A stretch of DNA of 64,000 nucleotides from contig OZ245760.1 in NCBI GenBank assembly GCA_965227695.1, positions 317,034-381,033 on the forward strand, given 5' to 3'. Position 1 is the first letter of the stretch; each line of letters begins with the position of its first letter. Shown here piece after piece: positions 52,628 through 61,975 of this stretch. The position numbers were made by a program, and so were the translations under genes. The stretch comes from Gammaproteobacteria bacterium. Lineage in GTDB: Bacteria; Pseudomonadota; Gammaproteobacteria; UBA4575. A model generated the notes under the pieces. That model searched no databases, was not told the origin of the DNA, and saw only the letters and a list, made by a program, of their open reading frames with translations.

Positions 52628-55288
52628 GTGACCAAGCGACCCGAAATAGAAGATGATGAAGTCCAGGAGTGGGTACAGGCACTGCATGACATCCTGGAGC
52701 ATGCAGGTGATAGCAGAGCCCATCACATTATAGAAACACTAATCACTGAAGCCCGCCGAGCGGGTGTCAATCTTCCATTTAAAACAACCACGCCATACAT
52801 CAATACAATAGAGTCCTCAGACGAAGAGAGATTGCCAGGGGATCCGGCTCTTGAGCATAGAGTACGCTCGCTGGAGCGATGGAATGCACTGGCGATGGTT
52901 GTTCAGGCTGGTAAGTACAATAGTGACCTTGGTGGCCACATTTCTACATACGCTTCTGCGGCAACATTATATAGTGTTGGATTCAATCATTTTTTTCGAG
53001 GTCAAGGCGACGATAATAATGGCGATCTGGTCTATTTTCAGGGCCATGCTTCCCCTGGGATATATGCGCGCGCATACCTGGAAGGCAGGCTAACAGAAGA
53101 ACAATTAAAGCATTTTCGACGTGATATCGATGGCCAGGGACTAACATCCTATCCACATCCGTGGATTATGCCCGATTTTTGGCAGTTCCCTACAGTATCG
53201 ATGGGACTGGGTCCGATTACCGGAATATACCAGGCGCGTTTTATGAAATATCTGAATGACCGGCAGCTCAAAGCTGAATCAGGTCGAAAAGTATGGGTAT
53301 TTGCCGGCGATGGAGAAATGGATGAGCCTGAATCGCTGGGAGCGATTTCGCTGGCAGCCAGAGAAAACCTGGACAACCTGATTTTTGTTGTCAATTGTAA
53401 CCTGCAAAGGCTGGACGGTCCGGTAAGGGGCAATGGCAAAATAATACAAGAGCTTGAAGCGGTATTTAGGGGCGCTGGCTGGAATGTTATAAAACTGATT
53501 TGGGGATCAAACTGGGATGCGCTATTTGAAAAAGACAGCACTGGTATTTTATTGAAGCGTATGGAAGAAGCCCTCGATGGTGATTACCAGAATTATCGTG
53601 CAAAAGGCGGCAGCTACACACGTGAACACTTTTTTGGCAAGTATCCCGAGCTTGAAGCCATGGTTGCTAAGATGACGGATGAAGACATATGGCGGTTAAA
53701 TCGTGGGGGCCATGATCAGCAGAAGGTGTACGCGGCTTATGCCGCAGCAGTTAAACACAAGGGACAACCCACGGTTATTCTTGCCAAGACAGTCAAAGGC
53801 TATGGACTTGGTAAAAGCGGTGAGAGTCTTAATATTGCGCATTCAATGAAAAAACCATCCATTGAATCCATTCGCGCACTAAGGGATCGCTATCAAATTC
53901 CAATTCCTGATGACGAACTTGAAAATGTCCCATTTTATAAACCAGCGGAATCATCACCAGAGATTAAATTTATAAAACAGTGTCGTGAAAAACTTGGCGG
54001 TGCGATACCTGAACGTGATGCTAATGCCAGGATAGAATCGTTTAAGGTGCCTGGTTTTGAGGTCCTGAGTAAACTGGTAGAAGATAGTGGAGAACGTGAA
54101 TATTCCACCACAATGACTTTTGTAAGAATCCTGACCACGCTTACAAGACAGCCGGAAATAGGTAAATATATTGTACCCATCGTGCCTGATGAGGCGAGAA
54201 CCTTTGGTATGGAAGGGATGTTTCGAACGACGGGCATTTATTCACGTAAGGGACAATTATATGACCCTGTCGATGCCAATGAAATTATGGTTTACCGTGA
54301 AGATAAAGCAGGACAGATTCTGCAGGAAGGCATAAATGAAGCGGGTGCGATGTCATCCTGGATCGCAGCTGCCACATCATACAGCAATCATGGTACAGGA
54401 GTCGTACCATTTTATATTTTCTATTCCATGTTTGGTTTTCAGAGAGTTGGTGATCTTGCATGGTTAGCGGCTGATAGCCATGCCCGCGGGTTCCTGATAG
54501 GAGCAACTGCAGGCAGAACAACTCTTGCAGGAGAAGGCCTCCAGCACCAGGACGGGCATAGCCATGTGATGGCTAATTTGATTCCAAACTGCCGAAGTTA
54601 TGACCCGGCTTTTGGGTATGAGCTGGCAATTATTATTCATGACGGCCTGCTTCGTATGTATCAAAAGCAGGAAGACTGCTTTTACTACATCACGGTAATG
54701 AATGAGAATTATCAACACCCGCCAATGCCACGAGGAGTAGAGCAGGGTGTAATAAAAGGCATGTATTTACTGCAACAGGGAAGCTCAAGTGATAAAAGAG
54801 TACAGCTATTAGGTAGCGGCACAATACTGCGAGAAGTGATTAAAGCTGCAAACGCCCTTGAAACGGAATATCAGGTGAGTGCAGATGTCTGGAGCGTGAC
54901 AAGCTTTAATGAGCTTTACCGTGATGGTATGGACACAAACCGATGGAATATGCTGCATCCTGGTGAACCGCGAAAAATCTCTTATGTAGAACAGTGTTTG
55001 TCATCATCTGCTGGGCCGGTGATCGCGGCAAGTGATTATGTGAAATTATACGCTGACCAAATCCGTTCTTTAGTTCCTGCCCAATACATAGTTCTAGGGA
55101 CAGATGGATTTGGGCGAAGTGATACAAGAGAACAACTAAGAAATTATTTTGAAGTGAATTATAAATATATTGTTGTGGCCGCACTGTCAGAATTAGCCCT
55201 GCTTGGACAGGTAGAGAAGGAAGAAGTATTACGCGCCATAAAGAAATACAAGATAGATACAGAATCACTTAATCCATTATATCGATAA
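52628..55288 (+). CDS. aceE: pyruvate dehydrogenase E1 component (homodimeric type)
   Basis: 886 aa. GTG start. Collinear with AceE (TPP-binding GDGEMDEPES). Confidence 0.95.
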   Translation: MTKRPEIEDDEVQEWVQALHDILEHAGDSRAHHIIETLITEARRAGVNLPFKTTTPYINTIESSDEERLPGDPALEHRVRSLERWNALAMVVQAGKYNSDLGGHISTYASAATLYSVGFNHFFRGQGDDNNGDLVYFQGHASPGIYARAYLEGRLTEEQLKHFRRDIDGQGLTSYPHPWIMPDFWQFPTVSMGLGPITGIYQARFMKYLNDRQLKAESGRKVWVFAGDGEMDEPESLGAISLAARENLDNLIFVVNCNLQRLDGPVRGNGKIIQELEAVFRGAGWNVIKLIWGSNWDALFEKDSTGILLKRMEEALDGDYQNYRAKGGSYTREHFFGKYPELEAMVAKMTDEDIWRLNRGGHDQQKVYAAYAAAVKHKGQPTVILAKTVKGYGLGKSGESLNIAHSMKKPSIESIRALRDRYQIPIPDDELENVPFYKPAESSPEIKFIKQCREKLGGAIPERDANARIESFKVPGFEVLSKLVEDSGEREYSTTMTFVRILTTLTRQPEIGKYIVPIVPDEARTFGMEGMFRTTGIYSRKGQLYDPVDANEIMVYREDKAGQILQEGINEAGAMSSWIAAATSYSNHGTGVVPFYIFYSMFGFQRVGDLAWLAADSHARGFLIGATAGRTTLAGEGLQHQDGHSHVMANLIPNCRSYDPAFGYELAIIIHDGLLRMYQKQEDCFYYITVMNENYQHPPMPRGVEQGVIKGMYLLQQGSSSDKRVQLLGSGTILREVIKAANALETEYQVSADVWSVTSFNELYRDGMDTNRWNMLHPGEPRKISYVEQCLSSSAGPVIAASDYVKLYADQIRSLVPAQYIVLGTDGFGRSDTREQLRNYFEVNYKYIVVAALSELALLGQVEKEEVLRAIKKYKIDTESLNPLYR

Positions 55289-55307
55289 TAATATTGCTTT
55301 TCTGGAT

Positions 55308-56588
55308 ATGGCGAATATAAAAAAAATTACTGCAAACGAATTGGAAGACTTCGATGATGTTGAAGTTGTAGAAGTTCTTGTATCACAAGGCAGTGAGATT
55401 GAAAAGAATCAGTCACTGATCGTCCTGGAAAGTGAAAAAGCAATGATGGAGTTTCCTTCCCCTGACACCGGAGTAATCGAGCAAGTGGCAGTGAAAGTGG
55501 GGGATAAAATCAGACAGGGTGATGAAATAGTCACAATTAGAATTACGGAAGCGCAGAAAACGGATAAAGATCAAGATGACATTAATGAGGTCATGACGGA
55601 TGAACAAAAACCAGCGGAGACGGATAAAGAAATAAGTGACAATTACCAGGACGGAAAAACAAAGACCAAAACCAATCACGATGAGGAGATAGAGGTTGAT
55701 AAAGTTTATGCCAGCCCCGGCGTGAGAAAATATGCAAGGGAGCATGGGGTCGATCTGGAGGAGGTGAGGGGAAGCGCTGATAATGGTCGTATTCTACAAA
55801 GCGACGTAAAAGATCATATCAAAGAAAAAATGTCCGGGAATGCAGAACCTGGATTTCATGCGGGTAAGCGTACACAAGATTTTAGTGTATTTGGGGTCGT
55901 TGAAGAAAAAAAATTAAACAAGTTAAAACAAACATCAGCACGCCATCTGCTAAACGCATGGAGCCAGATACCCCATGTAACACAATTTGATGAGGCAGAT
56001 ATCACTGAGTTAGAAGAAGCAAGAAAAAGTCTCAAACAATCTGCGCTGGAACAAGAGGTAAAATTAACTCTGCTGCCCTTTATAGTAAAAGCGCTTGTTA
56101 AATGTCTGCAGGAATTTCCCGAATTCAATAGTTCGGTAAATCAGGATGTTACGGCGCTAATACAAAAGAATTATTATAATATCGGTATCGCTGTGGATAC
56201 CCCTAGGGGTTTGGTTGTGCCGGTAATCGCCCATGCTGATCAAAAGAAAATCATCGATCTTGCCAAAGAGATTGAGCATATCAGCGAATTAGCGCGTGCG
56301 AACAAATTGACTGCCGGGCAGATGCAGGGAGGCTGTATGACGATTAGCAACACAGGGGCAATCGGAGGACAGCATTTCACGCCAATTATTAACCAGCCTG
56401 AGGTTGCAATACTTGGAGTATCAAGATTTCATGGCAAGCTGGTCAAAGTAGAAAGTTCTATTGTTGAGAGATTGATATTACCACTATCGCTTAGTTATGA
56501 TCACCGGGCAATTGATGGCGTAGCAGCCGTTAAATTTATCACCAGATTTAAAAGTTATTTAGAAGATGTGTGGGCATTGATGGTTTAA
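55308..56588 (+). CDS. aceF: dihydrolipoyllysine-residue acetyltransferase (PDH E2), single lipoyl domain
   Basis: One lipoyl domain (ESEKAMMEF), a peripheral-subunit-binding domain (ASPGVRKYAREHGVDL) and a catalytic domain with DHRAIDG. No lpd gene follows. Confidence 0.9.
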   Translation: MANIKKITANELEDFDDVEVVEVLVSQGSEIEKNQSLIVLESEKAMMEFPSPDTGVIEQVAVKVGDKIRQGDEIVTIRITEAQKTDKDQDDINEVMTDEQKPAETDKEISDNYQDGKTKTKTNHDEEIEVDKVYASPGVRKYAREHGVDLEEVRGSADNGRILQSDVKDHIKEKMSGNAEPGFHAGKRTQDFSVFGVVEEKKLNKLKQTSARHLLNAWSQIPHVTQFDEADITELEEARKSLKQSALEQEVKLTLLPFIVKALVKCLQEFPEFNSSVNQDVTALIQKNYYNIGIAVDTPRGLVVPVIAHADQKKIIDLAKEIEHISELARANKLTAGQMQGGCMTISNTGAIGGQHFTPIINQPEVAILGVSRFHGKLVKVESSIVERLILPLSLSYDHRAIDGVAAVKFITRFKSYLEDVWALMV

Positions 56589-56621
56589 TTGAGCAGCGCA
56601 ATGAGCACTTCTCGTGCGAGA

Positions 56622-56828
56622 TCATAGGCCGACGATGAATTGATATATCAGCAACACTGCGAGTATGACGAGTAAGAATATACTTTTACGGGAATTAGTG
56701 CGTTTAGTTTTTCCGTGCTGCTTGTTTGTTGTGATGATAACAGGCGAGTCCTGTTCATCGGGGACCTTAACCTCAAAGTTTTTCAGTGAGAGATTTGGAT
56801 TCACAACGGTTTCTTCAAACTTGTCCAT
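56622..56828 (-). CDS. hypothetical tail-anchored small membrane protein (ORFan)
   Basis: 68 aa: soluble N-terminus, basic stretch KQHGKTKRTNSRK, then one C-terminal TM helix. AT-rich. No recognisable family. Confidence 0.3.
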   Translation of the reverse strand: MDKFEETVVNPNLSLKNFEVKVPDEQDSPVIITTNKQHGKTKRTNSRKSIFLLVILAVLLIYQFIVGL

Positions 56829-57050
56829 ATTCTAATTCCAAAGTTAAAATGACATCCTTGTCCTGCAGCTCCTTTGAATTAGAATTTAATAGTAGTAGGC
56901 TGAATTTTATGCACGATGGTTCACAAAATTATGGCCTTTATTAATTTTTGACTATTTTTTTTCCATAATTTGAACGTGTTCTCAATTTTTAAACCATATA
57001 TAACCGTGTGAGTTAAGTAATCATGACATCTATTTTATAAATTTGAACCG

Positions 57051-57635
57051 TTACTTGAATGCCGGATTATACTTTTCATTCCATAGCGAATAGATAGAGG
57101 ATAGCTGTTCATTTTTCCGAATCGGCTGCCTGCTTTCAATCTTGATATTGGTTAGTGCCGGCGCCGGTATTTCATTACACTCAGTTTCCATAAAATCATC
57201 TATCACCGTAACAGGATCATTACCGGCCTCCATAGCATCATTGCCGGCTGTTGATTTCAGTTCTGCCATGATCGTTAAATTTTCAGTTTCTTTTATATCA
57301 CTGAATTCCCCTAGAATTTCACGTGAATAGTAAGTACAGCGGTTAAATGCCGCGGTATGGCTGCTGCCCATTTTGAGATCCGATAAAGTCAGTCTTTTAA
57401 TTAATTGTTTGGTTGCGGAATGTTTCTCCTGGCCTAAATAAGTAATGGATTCCAGATAACATTCTGTTAGATGATTGAGTATATGCAGTAATAAGACTTC
57501 ATCCAGCTGCTCAATTTTGGACTTGTAATCTTTTTCTAATAAAAGAATCAGACAGCAAAGTTTATTGCGTGCTTGTCTGTCATTACTTTCCGACTGGTTT
57601 AGATAGTTCAACGCCTGACGACTCAACGAGTTCAT
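57051..57635 (-). CDS. hypothetical protein (ORFan), helical N-terminal half and acidic C-terminal half
   Basis: Start set at the internal Met MNSLSRQ, which has a strong SD (aaggaaatttggATG). The ORF-track start 57767 adds 44 aa with no RBS. No motif recognised. AT-rich codon usage. Confidence 0.5.
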   Translation of the reverse strand: MNSLSRQALNYLNQSESNDRQARNKLCCLILLLEKDYKSKIEQLDEVLLLHILNHLTECYLESITYLGQEKHSATKQLIKRLTLSDLKMGSSHTAAFNRCTYYSREILGEFSDIKETENLTIMAELKSTAGNDAMEAGNDPVTVIDDFMETECNEIPAPALTNIKIESRQPIRKNEQLSSIYSLWNEKYNPAFK

Positions 57636-57873
57636 CCAAATTTCCTTCTGAGTGTAGTTTATAATTATTATGCCAAGTGTCTCTATGCACTTGATCTTGT
57701 TAGCATTGAATCGTATTGCTAGTGAAGAAAAGAGGCTGTGAATCAGGTCGCAATATAGAATCAACATAGCGTGCCTGCTTCAAATAAATTCAGTTATAAA
57801 AGTAGGTGATGACGTTGTCTTTTTCCAATGATTATTGCCTGGTTACAAGTAACCAAATGATACTTAGAGGGTT

Positions 57874-58095
57874 CTACTTATCGAGCTCAAATCTTAAATT
57901 TTCAATCTCATACAAGTACTGGTTATTGGTCTGCTTAAGTACAGCGATTAACTTTTCAAGCTTGTATTGAATATTCTTTTTATAAGATTCACTTGGATTG
58001 ACGCAATCCTCATATTCAAAAAAACTTTCCAGTGTATCTTGCAGCAGTAGACCAATACTGTCCTCATCGTGAATATTAAAATGCTCCTTGCCCAT
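57874..58095 (-). CDS. hypothetical small acidic protein (ORFan); may be spurious or leaderless
   Basis: 73 aa predicted helical. The ATG abuts the T-run of a terminator with no room for an SD. Confidence 0.25.
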   Translation of the reverse strand: MGKEHFNIHDEDSIGLLLQDTLESFFEYEDCVNPSESYKKNIQYKLEKLIAVLKQTNNQYLYEIENLRFELDK

Positions 58096-58126
58096 AAAAA
58101 ATCCCTGTGTATGTTTTGTACACAGG
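58096..58126 (-). terminator. rho-independent terminator (minus strand) about 185 nt downstream of the Fur-family gene
   Basis: Plus strand reads aaaaaa then cctgtgta-tgttttg-tacacagg. That is an 8-bp stem followed by U6 on the minus strand. Confidence 0.5.
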
Positions 58127-58309
58127 ATAATGTGTCACGAATTATTTGCGGAGTATGCGAACGGTTTCATAATTCTGAATTGTTACAGTAATGTTGCATC
58201 TCCTGCTGAGTTTCAAAATTACGGCAACACGATGTAGTCGCCAGGTTCAGCTTGTAGAAGATTAGTTCACAACAATCCTGATTATTAGGTACCGATGAGA
58301 GCGAGCCGT

Positions 58310-58759
58310 TTATGCGTTATTTTTTGCTATTGATTTTCTTAAACGAATGATGACATCAACGTCTTCAAGCTCAGTACCTTCAGGCAATTCGGGCAACTGC
58401 TGTATTTCGACTTTATCAGCACTGATATCTTCCAATGTTCCCGAGTCAACGTGATATAAATGATGATGTTTTTCAAGATTGGTGTCATAAAAAACTTTGC
58501 CTGGTTCGATAATCACTTCGTGAAGTAATCCTTTTTTGGCAAATAGCCCCAATGTATTGTAGACGGTCGCTTTGGAAACTTCCTCCTGGTTTTTATTTAC
58601 CATGGCGAGAAGTTGCTCAGCCGATAGGTGCTGGGGCCTTGAAAACAGGACTTCGCCTATGCGGATTCTTTGTTGTGTTGGGGTGATGCCATGCTCCCGG
58701 AGTCGCTTAGCGACCAGGCCTGGATCGTCACTTAACGGATGGGTTGTTGTCATATTCAT
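58310..58759 (-). CDS. Fur-family transcriptional regulator, cysteine-free paralogue
   Basis: 149 aa. Winged-helix region SAEQLLAMVNKNQEEVSKATVYNTLGLFAKKGLL. Metal-site HHHLYH motif. No Cys residues at all (no structural CxxC). Not in the usual recN-fur-bamE context. Confidence 0.85.
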   Translation of the reverse strand: MNMTTTHPLSDDPGLVAKRLREHGITPTQQRIRIGEVLFSRPQHLSAEQLLAMVNKNQEEVSKATVYNTLGLFAKKGLLHEVIIEPGKVFYDTNLEKHHHLYHVDSGTLEDISADKVEIQQLPELPEGTELEDVDVIIRLRKSIAKNNA

Positions 58760-58824
58760 GGCGGTATTATAACCAGAATTTAGAATAAGTCTATTTCTCA
58801 GCTTCTAAATAGTGATGGTGTCTT

Positions 58825-58847
58825 GATGATATCATTTCTCATAATCA
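58825..58847. promoter_or_regulatory. Fur-box-like AT-rich palindrome upstream of the Fur-family gene
   Basis: gatgatatcatttctcataatca contains the perfect 10-bp palindrome atgatatcat and GATAAT-like hexamers. It lies in the 85-bp gap between the thiO-like gene and the Fur-family gene. Confidence 0.35.
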
Positions 58848-59903
58848 CAGATGTGCGTAACTTCGTTCCTGCAGAGAAAGGGAGGCCCCATTATCGCATA
58901 CCCAGTTCATCAGGATCTGTGCGGATGTTGGCGCCATGGCTACCCCGTATCTAAAATGGCCGCAATTGAAGTATAGGCCCTTGATTTCAGGGTGTGGCCC
59001 AATGGTTGGCACATTACCTGGGGAGCCTGGCCGCAGTCCTGCCCATTGATTTTCAATAGGTGCTTTGGAAAGCTGTGGCATGATTTCGATGCCGCGCTGC
59101 CATAGTGTCTTTTTGGCATCAGTGGTGATCGAGTCATCATAACCACTATATTCCAGCGTGCTTCCGACTAATACCAAACCGTCTCTACGGGGGATCAAAT
59201 AATAGCCATCCTGGTAAAGAATACGGTCAAGGACGCCAGGATTTCCTCTTAAGGCAATGATTTGACCTTTAACCGGTGTGATCTCAGGAGTACGGATGAT
59301 TGCTTGATGCGGGGTAAATCGAGGTAACCAGCTCCCTGCGGACCAGATAATATTCGCTGTCTTGATCATCCCGGAAGAGGTGTCAATACCTGTAATTTTA
59401 TTTTGACTGATCCGGCAGCTCGAGACAGTGGTGCCGGGGAGCATTGTTACCTCGAGTCTGTTCAGCTCTGCCATTAATGCCTTGATTACACGAGGTGGGC
59501 GAACCTGGGAAACTTGTGGCAGGTAAAGTGGGCCGGTGCGATGGGTGTCATGTTGGTATTGAAGAGTATGGTGATTACACCAGTCATATATTTGTGGGAA
59601 TTCCATGTCCGTGGACAGGATGTTCATGCCGCATGGCCAATATTCAATGTCATGTTGCGAATTTTCAAAAAGTGTGCGGGCAAGCATTTGATATGCTTTG
59701 TTGGCATGCTGTGTCAGATATAAAACATTGTCGTCATATTGCCAGGGCAGAAGTGGGGTAAGTATGCCACCTGCGGCCCAACTACTCTCTAAGCCAAAAT
59801 TACCCTTGTCTAAAATGACAGGCTTTGTGCCACGAAGCGCCAGAAGATAGGCGCTATAGAGGCCAATTATTCCTCCACCGACTATGATTATGTCAGATTT
59901 CAT
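58845..59903 (-). CDS. FAD-dependent oxidoreductase, DAO family (glycine oxidase ThiO-like)
   Basis: IIVGGGIIGLYSAYLL dinucleotide fold. ThiO-like GGILTPLLPW and C-terminal GLRPGSPGNVPTIG...GHFRYG. No TPP riboswitch upstream, so the thiamine role is uncertain. Confidence 0.8.
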   Translation of the reverse strand: MKSDIIIVGGGIIGLYSAYLLALRGTKPVILDKGNFGLESSWAAGGILTPLLPWQYDDNVLYLTQHANKAYQMLARTLFENSQHDIEYWPCGMNILSTDMEFPQIYDWCNHHTLQYQHDTHRTGPLYLPQVSQVRPPRVIKALMAELNRLEVTMLPGTTVSSCRISQNKITGIDTSSGMIKTANIIWSAGSWLPRFTPHQAIIRTPEITPVKGQIIALRGNPGVLDRILYQDGYYLIPRRDGLVLVGSTLEYSGYDDSITTDAKKTLWQRGIEIMPQLSKAPIENQWAGLRPGSPGNVPTIGPHPEIKGLYFNCGHFRYGVAMAPTSAQILMNWVCDNGASLSLQERSYAHL

Positions 59904-59951
59904 TATTTATAAAAATTTTTAGTATAAATAATCATTCAATTCGTAAAACAT

Positions 59952-59969
59952 TGTTAAATATGTTTAACA
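59952..59969. promoter_or_regulatory. 7-4-7 palindrome TGTTAAA-tatg-TTTAACA upstream of marR (candidate MarR operator)
   Basis: Exact inverted heptamers about 75 bp upstream of the marR start, in the divergent thiO-like/marR spacer. Confidence 0.4.
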
Positions 59970-60043
59970 TTTAATGCATTGAAATAATAACATTGGGATA
60001 ATCAGTACCTTCAAAGCATATAAGCACTTATGAGGTATAACAC

Positions 60044-60457
60044 ATGATTACGGCCCGCGAATTCAATAAGGAAATTGTACCGAAAAAATTGACTGATTTA
60101 CGCTCTCCGGCAAAAGATCGCGCCAACATACTGGTTGATTTAACCGTCATGTCGCGCCAGGTCGGTTACTCAATCAGTAAAAAAGTGTCACGTTTTGGGA
60201 TCAATTATAATCTGTGGCAGGTGTTGGTTACCTTATGGAGTGAGCATGCTGTGACACCAGCAGCTGTGGCCCAGCACTTACAGGTTGAACCTGCAACTAT
60301 CAGCCGTTATCTTGATCAGCTGGAGTCGCTGGATTATATAACCCGAGAAAGAAGTAAGACAGATCGTCGTGTGGTAGACGTTGTTTTAACAGCAAAAGGT
60401 AACAAGGCTGTCAAGGCGGGTTTAAATGAACTGGATGAGCTCGGCAAAATGTTTTAG
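60044..60457 (+). CDS. MarR-family transcriptional regulator
   Basis: 137 aa. wHTH region TPAAVAQHLQVEPATISRYLDQLESLDYITRERSKTDRR. Confidence 0.85.
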   Translation: MITAREFNKEIVPKKLTDLRSPAKDRANILVDLTVMSRQVGYSISKKVSRFGINYNLWQVLVTLWSEHAVTPAAVAQHLQVEPATISRYLDQLESLDYITRERSKTDRRVVDVVLTAKGNKAVKAGLNELDELGKMF

Positions 60458-60557
60458 TTTTAAAGGCGCAGGTCCATATGGTTGGCAAAAGAAAACCAGC
60501 ATTTAACCTTATTGAGAAATAGTCAAAAGAAATTTCACCCCCGTATATTACAATAGC

Positions 60558-61772
60558 GTGACTTCTGGACCGATATTGTCATGCATAATGCAAGCTAAAC
60601 TTCTCAGGGATCTTTCTATACACCCCAAGATCGCAGATACCTCGCCGCCCCCGTTAATCGCGCATATTCTGTATCGCTTTGCAATTGGCGGGCTGGAGAA
60701 TGGAGTGGTAAATCTGATTAACCGGATTCCTGAATCCAGATATCGACATGTCATTATATCTCTAACAGACGCAACCGATTTTCAGCAACGTATCCAACGC
60801 AAAGATGTTGAGATTTACTGCTTAAACAAGAAGCCTGGACATGATCCGGGCGTTTATTTTCGTCTCTGGAAGTTACTCCGAAAATTAAAGCCTGACATTA
60901 CCCATACCAGAAATCTGGCTGCACTGGAAATGGTGCTGATAGCATTATTGGCTGGGGTAAAACGAAGAGTGCATAGCGAGCATGGCTGGGGAATGAGTGA
61001 CCTTCACGGAACCAACCCAAAATATCAGCTGCTAAGACGCTACATGAGCAAACTGACTCACCGCTATATCGGCCTGTCACGCCACATTACAGATTACTTG
61101 CAGAATGAGGTAGGAGTGAATAAGGCTAAGCTGGAGCAAATATATAATGGCGTAGATACAGACCGATTCAATTGTTTACATGTATCGCAACCGATACTAG
61201 ACCTGCCGAAGAATATTGATAAGGAATGCATTGTTATCGGTACTGTCGGGCGTATGGAACCTGTCAAGGCACAGACATTACTTGCCGAAGCGTTTGTACG
61301 CCTTCATCAGGAATGCAGGCACTTACAAAACAGACTTCGTCTTGTAATGATCGGTGATGGTGAACTCAGGATGCAAATCGAGCAGATCCTTGATAATGCT
61401 GGTCTTTTGCAACAATGCTGGTTACCAGGCAGCTGTAATAATGTACCTGCGGTTATGAAACACCTCGATGTATTTGTCTTACCATCACAAAATGAAGGAA
61501 TATCAAATACCATCCTTGAAGCGATGGCATGCGGACTGCCGGTGATAGCAACAAGAGTGGGCGGAAATCCGGAGCTGGTGACAGATCAGAAAACCGGATT
61601 GCTGGTGCCTGCTGACAACCCGCATAAGTTGATGCTGGCCTTAAAAATTTATGTAGAAAATGAATCTATGAGGAAAGTGCATGGAGAAGCCGGCTATCAG
61701 GTCATCTCAGACAGGTTCAAGATCGAGCACATGATTGACAACTATCTGTCTGTTTACGATAGCCTGATATAA
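60558..61772 (+). CDS. GT4 glycosyltransferase, resembling the PEP-CTERM/EpsH1-associated sugar transferase family
   Basis: N-terminal LIAHILYRFAIGGLENGVVNLINRIPESRYRHVIISL, which I recall as typical of the exosortase-associated stp family. C-terminal GT4 EX7E region (EGISNTILEAMACGLPVIATRVGGNPELV). The start could be the Met at 60588. Confidence 0.75.
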   Translation: MTSGPILSCIMQAKLLRDLSIHPKIADTSPPPLIAHILYRFAIGGLENGVVNLINRIPESRYRHVIISLTDATDFQQRIQRKDVEIYCLNKKPGHDPGVYFRLWKLLRKLKPDITHTRNLAALEMVLIALLAGVKRRVHSEHGWGMSDLHGTNPKYQLLRRYMSKLTHRYIGLSRHITDYLQNEVGVNKAKLEQIYNGVDTDRFNCLHVSQPILDLPKNIDKECIVIGTVGRMEPVKAQTLLAEAFVRLHQECRHLQNRLRLVMIGDGELRMQIEQILDNAGLLQQCWLPGSCNNVPAVMKHLDVFVLPSQNEGISNTILEAMACGLPVIATRVGGNPELVTDQKTGLLVPADNPHKLMLALKIYVENESMRKVHGEAGYQVISDRFKIEHMIDNYLSVYDSLI

Positions 61773-61975
61773 ATTAATGAATCTCCGGATGTGCCGAGTA
61801 ATTCAAGTTATACAAATGAATCATGGCACATAATACATACTAACTAATTGTATGGACAGCCATTTTAGATGTATTACTGGAAATACGTGCCACCAGAATA
61901 AGTATAGACTTGGCATCGCCACTAGCAATTATACCAGTCATATTTCTATAACTTTTTCAATATTGGATAACACAT

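Noticed and set aside
59904-60043. Looked for a TPP riboswitch upstream of the ThiO-like gene
   Set aside because: No CTGAGA or ACCTGATC-type conserved elements on the relevant strand. The region is simply AT-rich promoter DNA, so the thiamine-pathway assignment of the oxidase stays unsupported.
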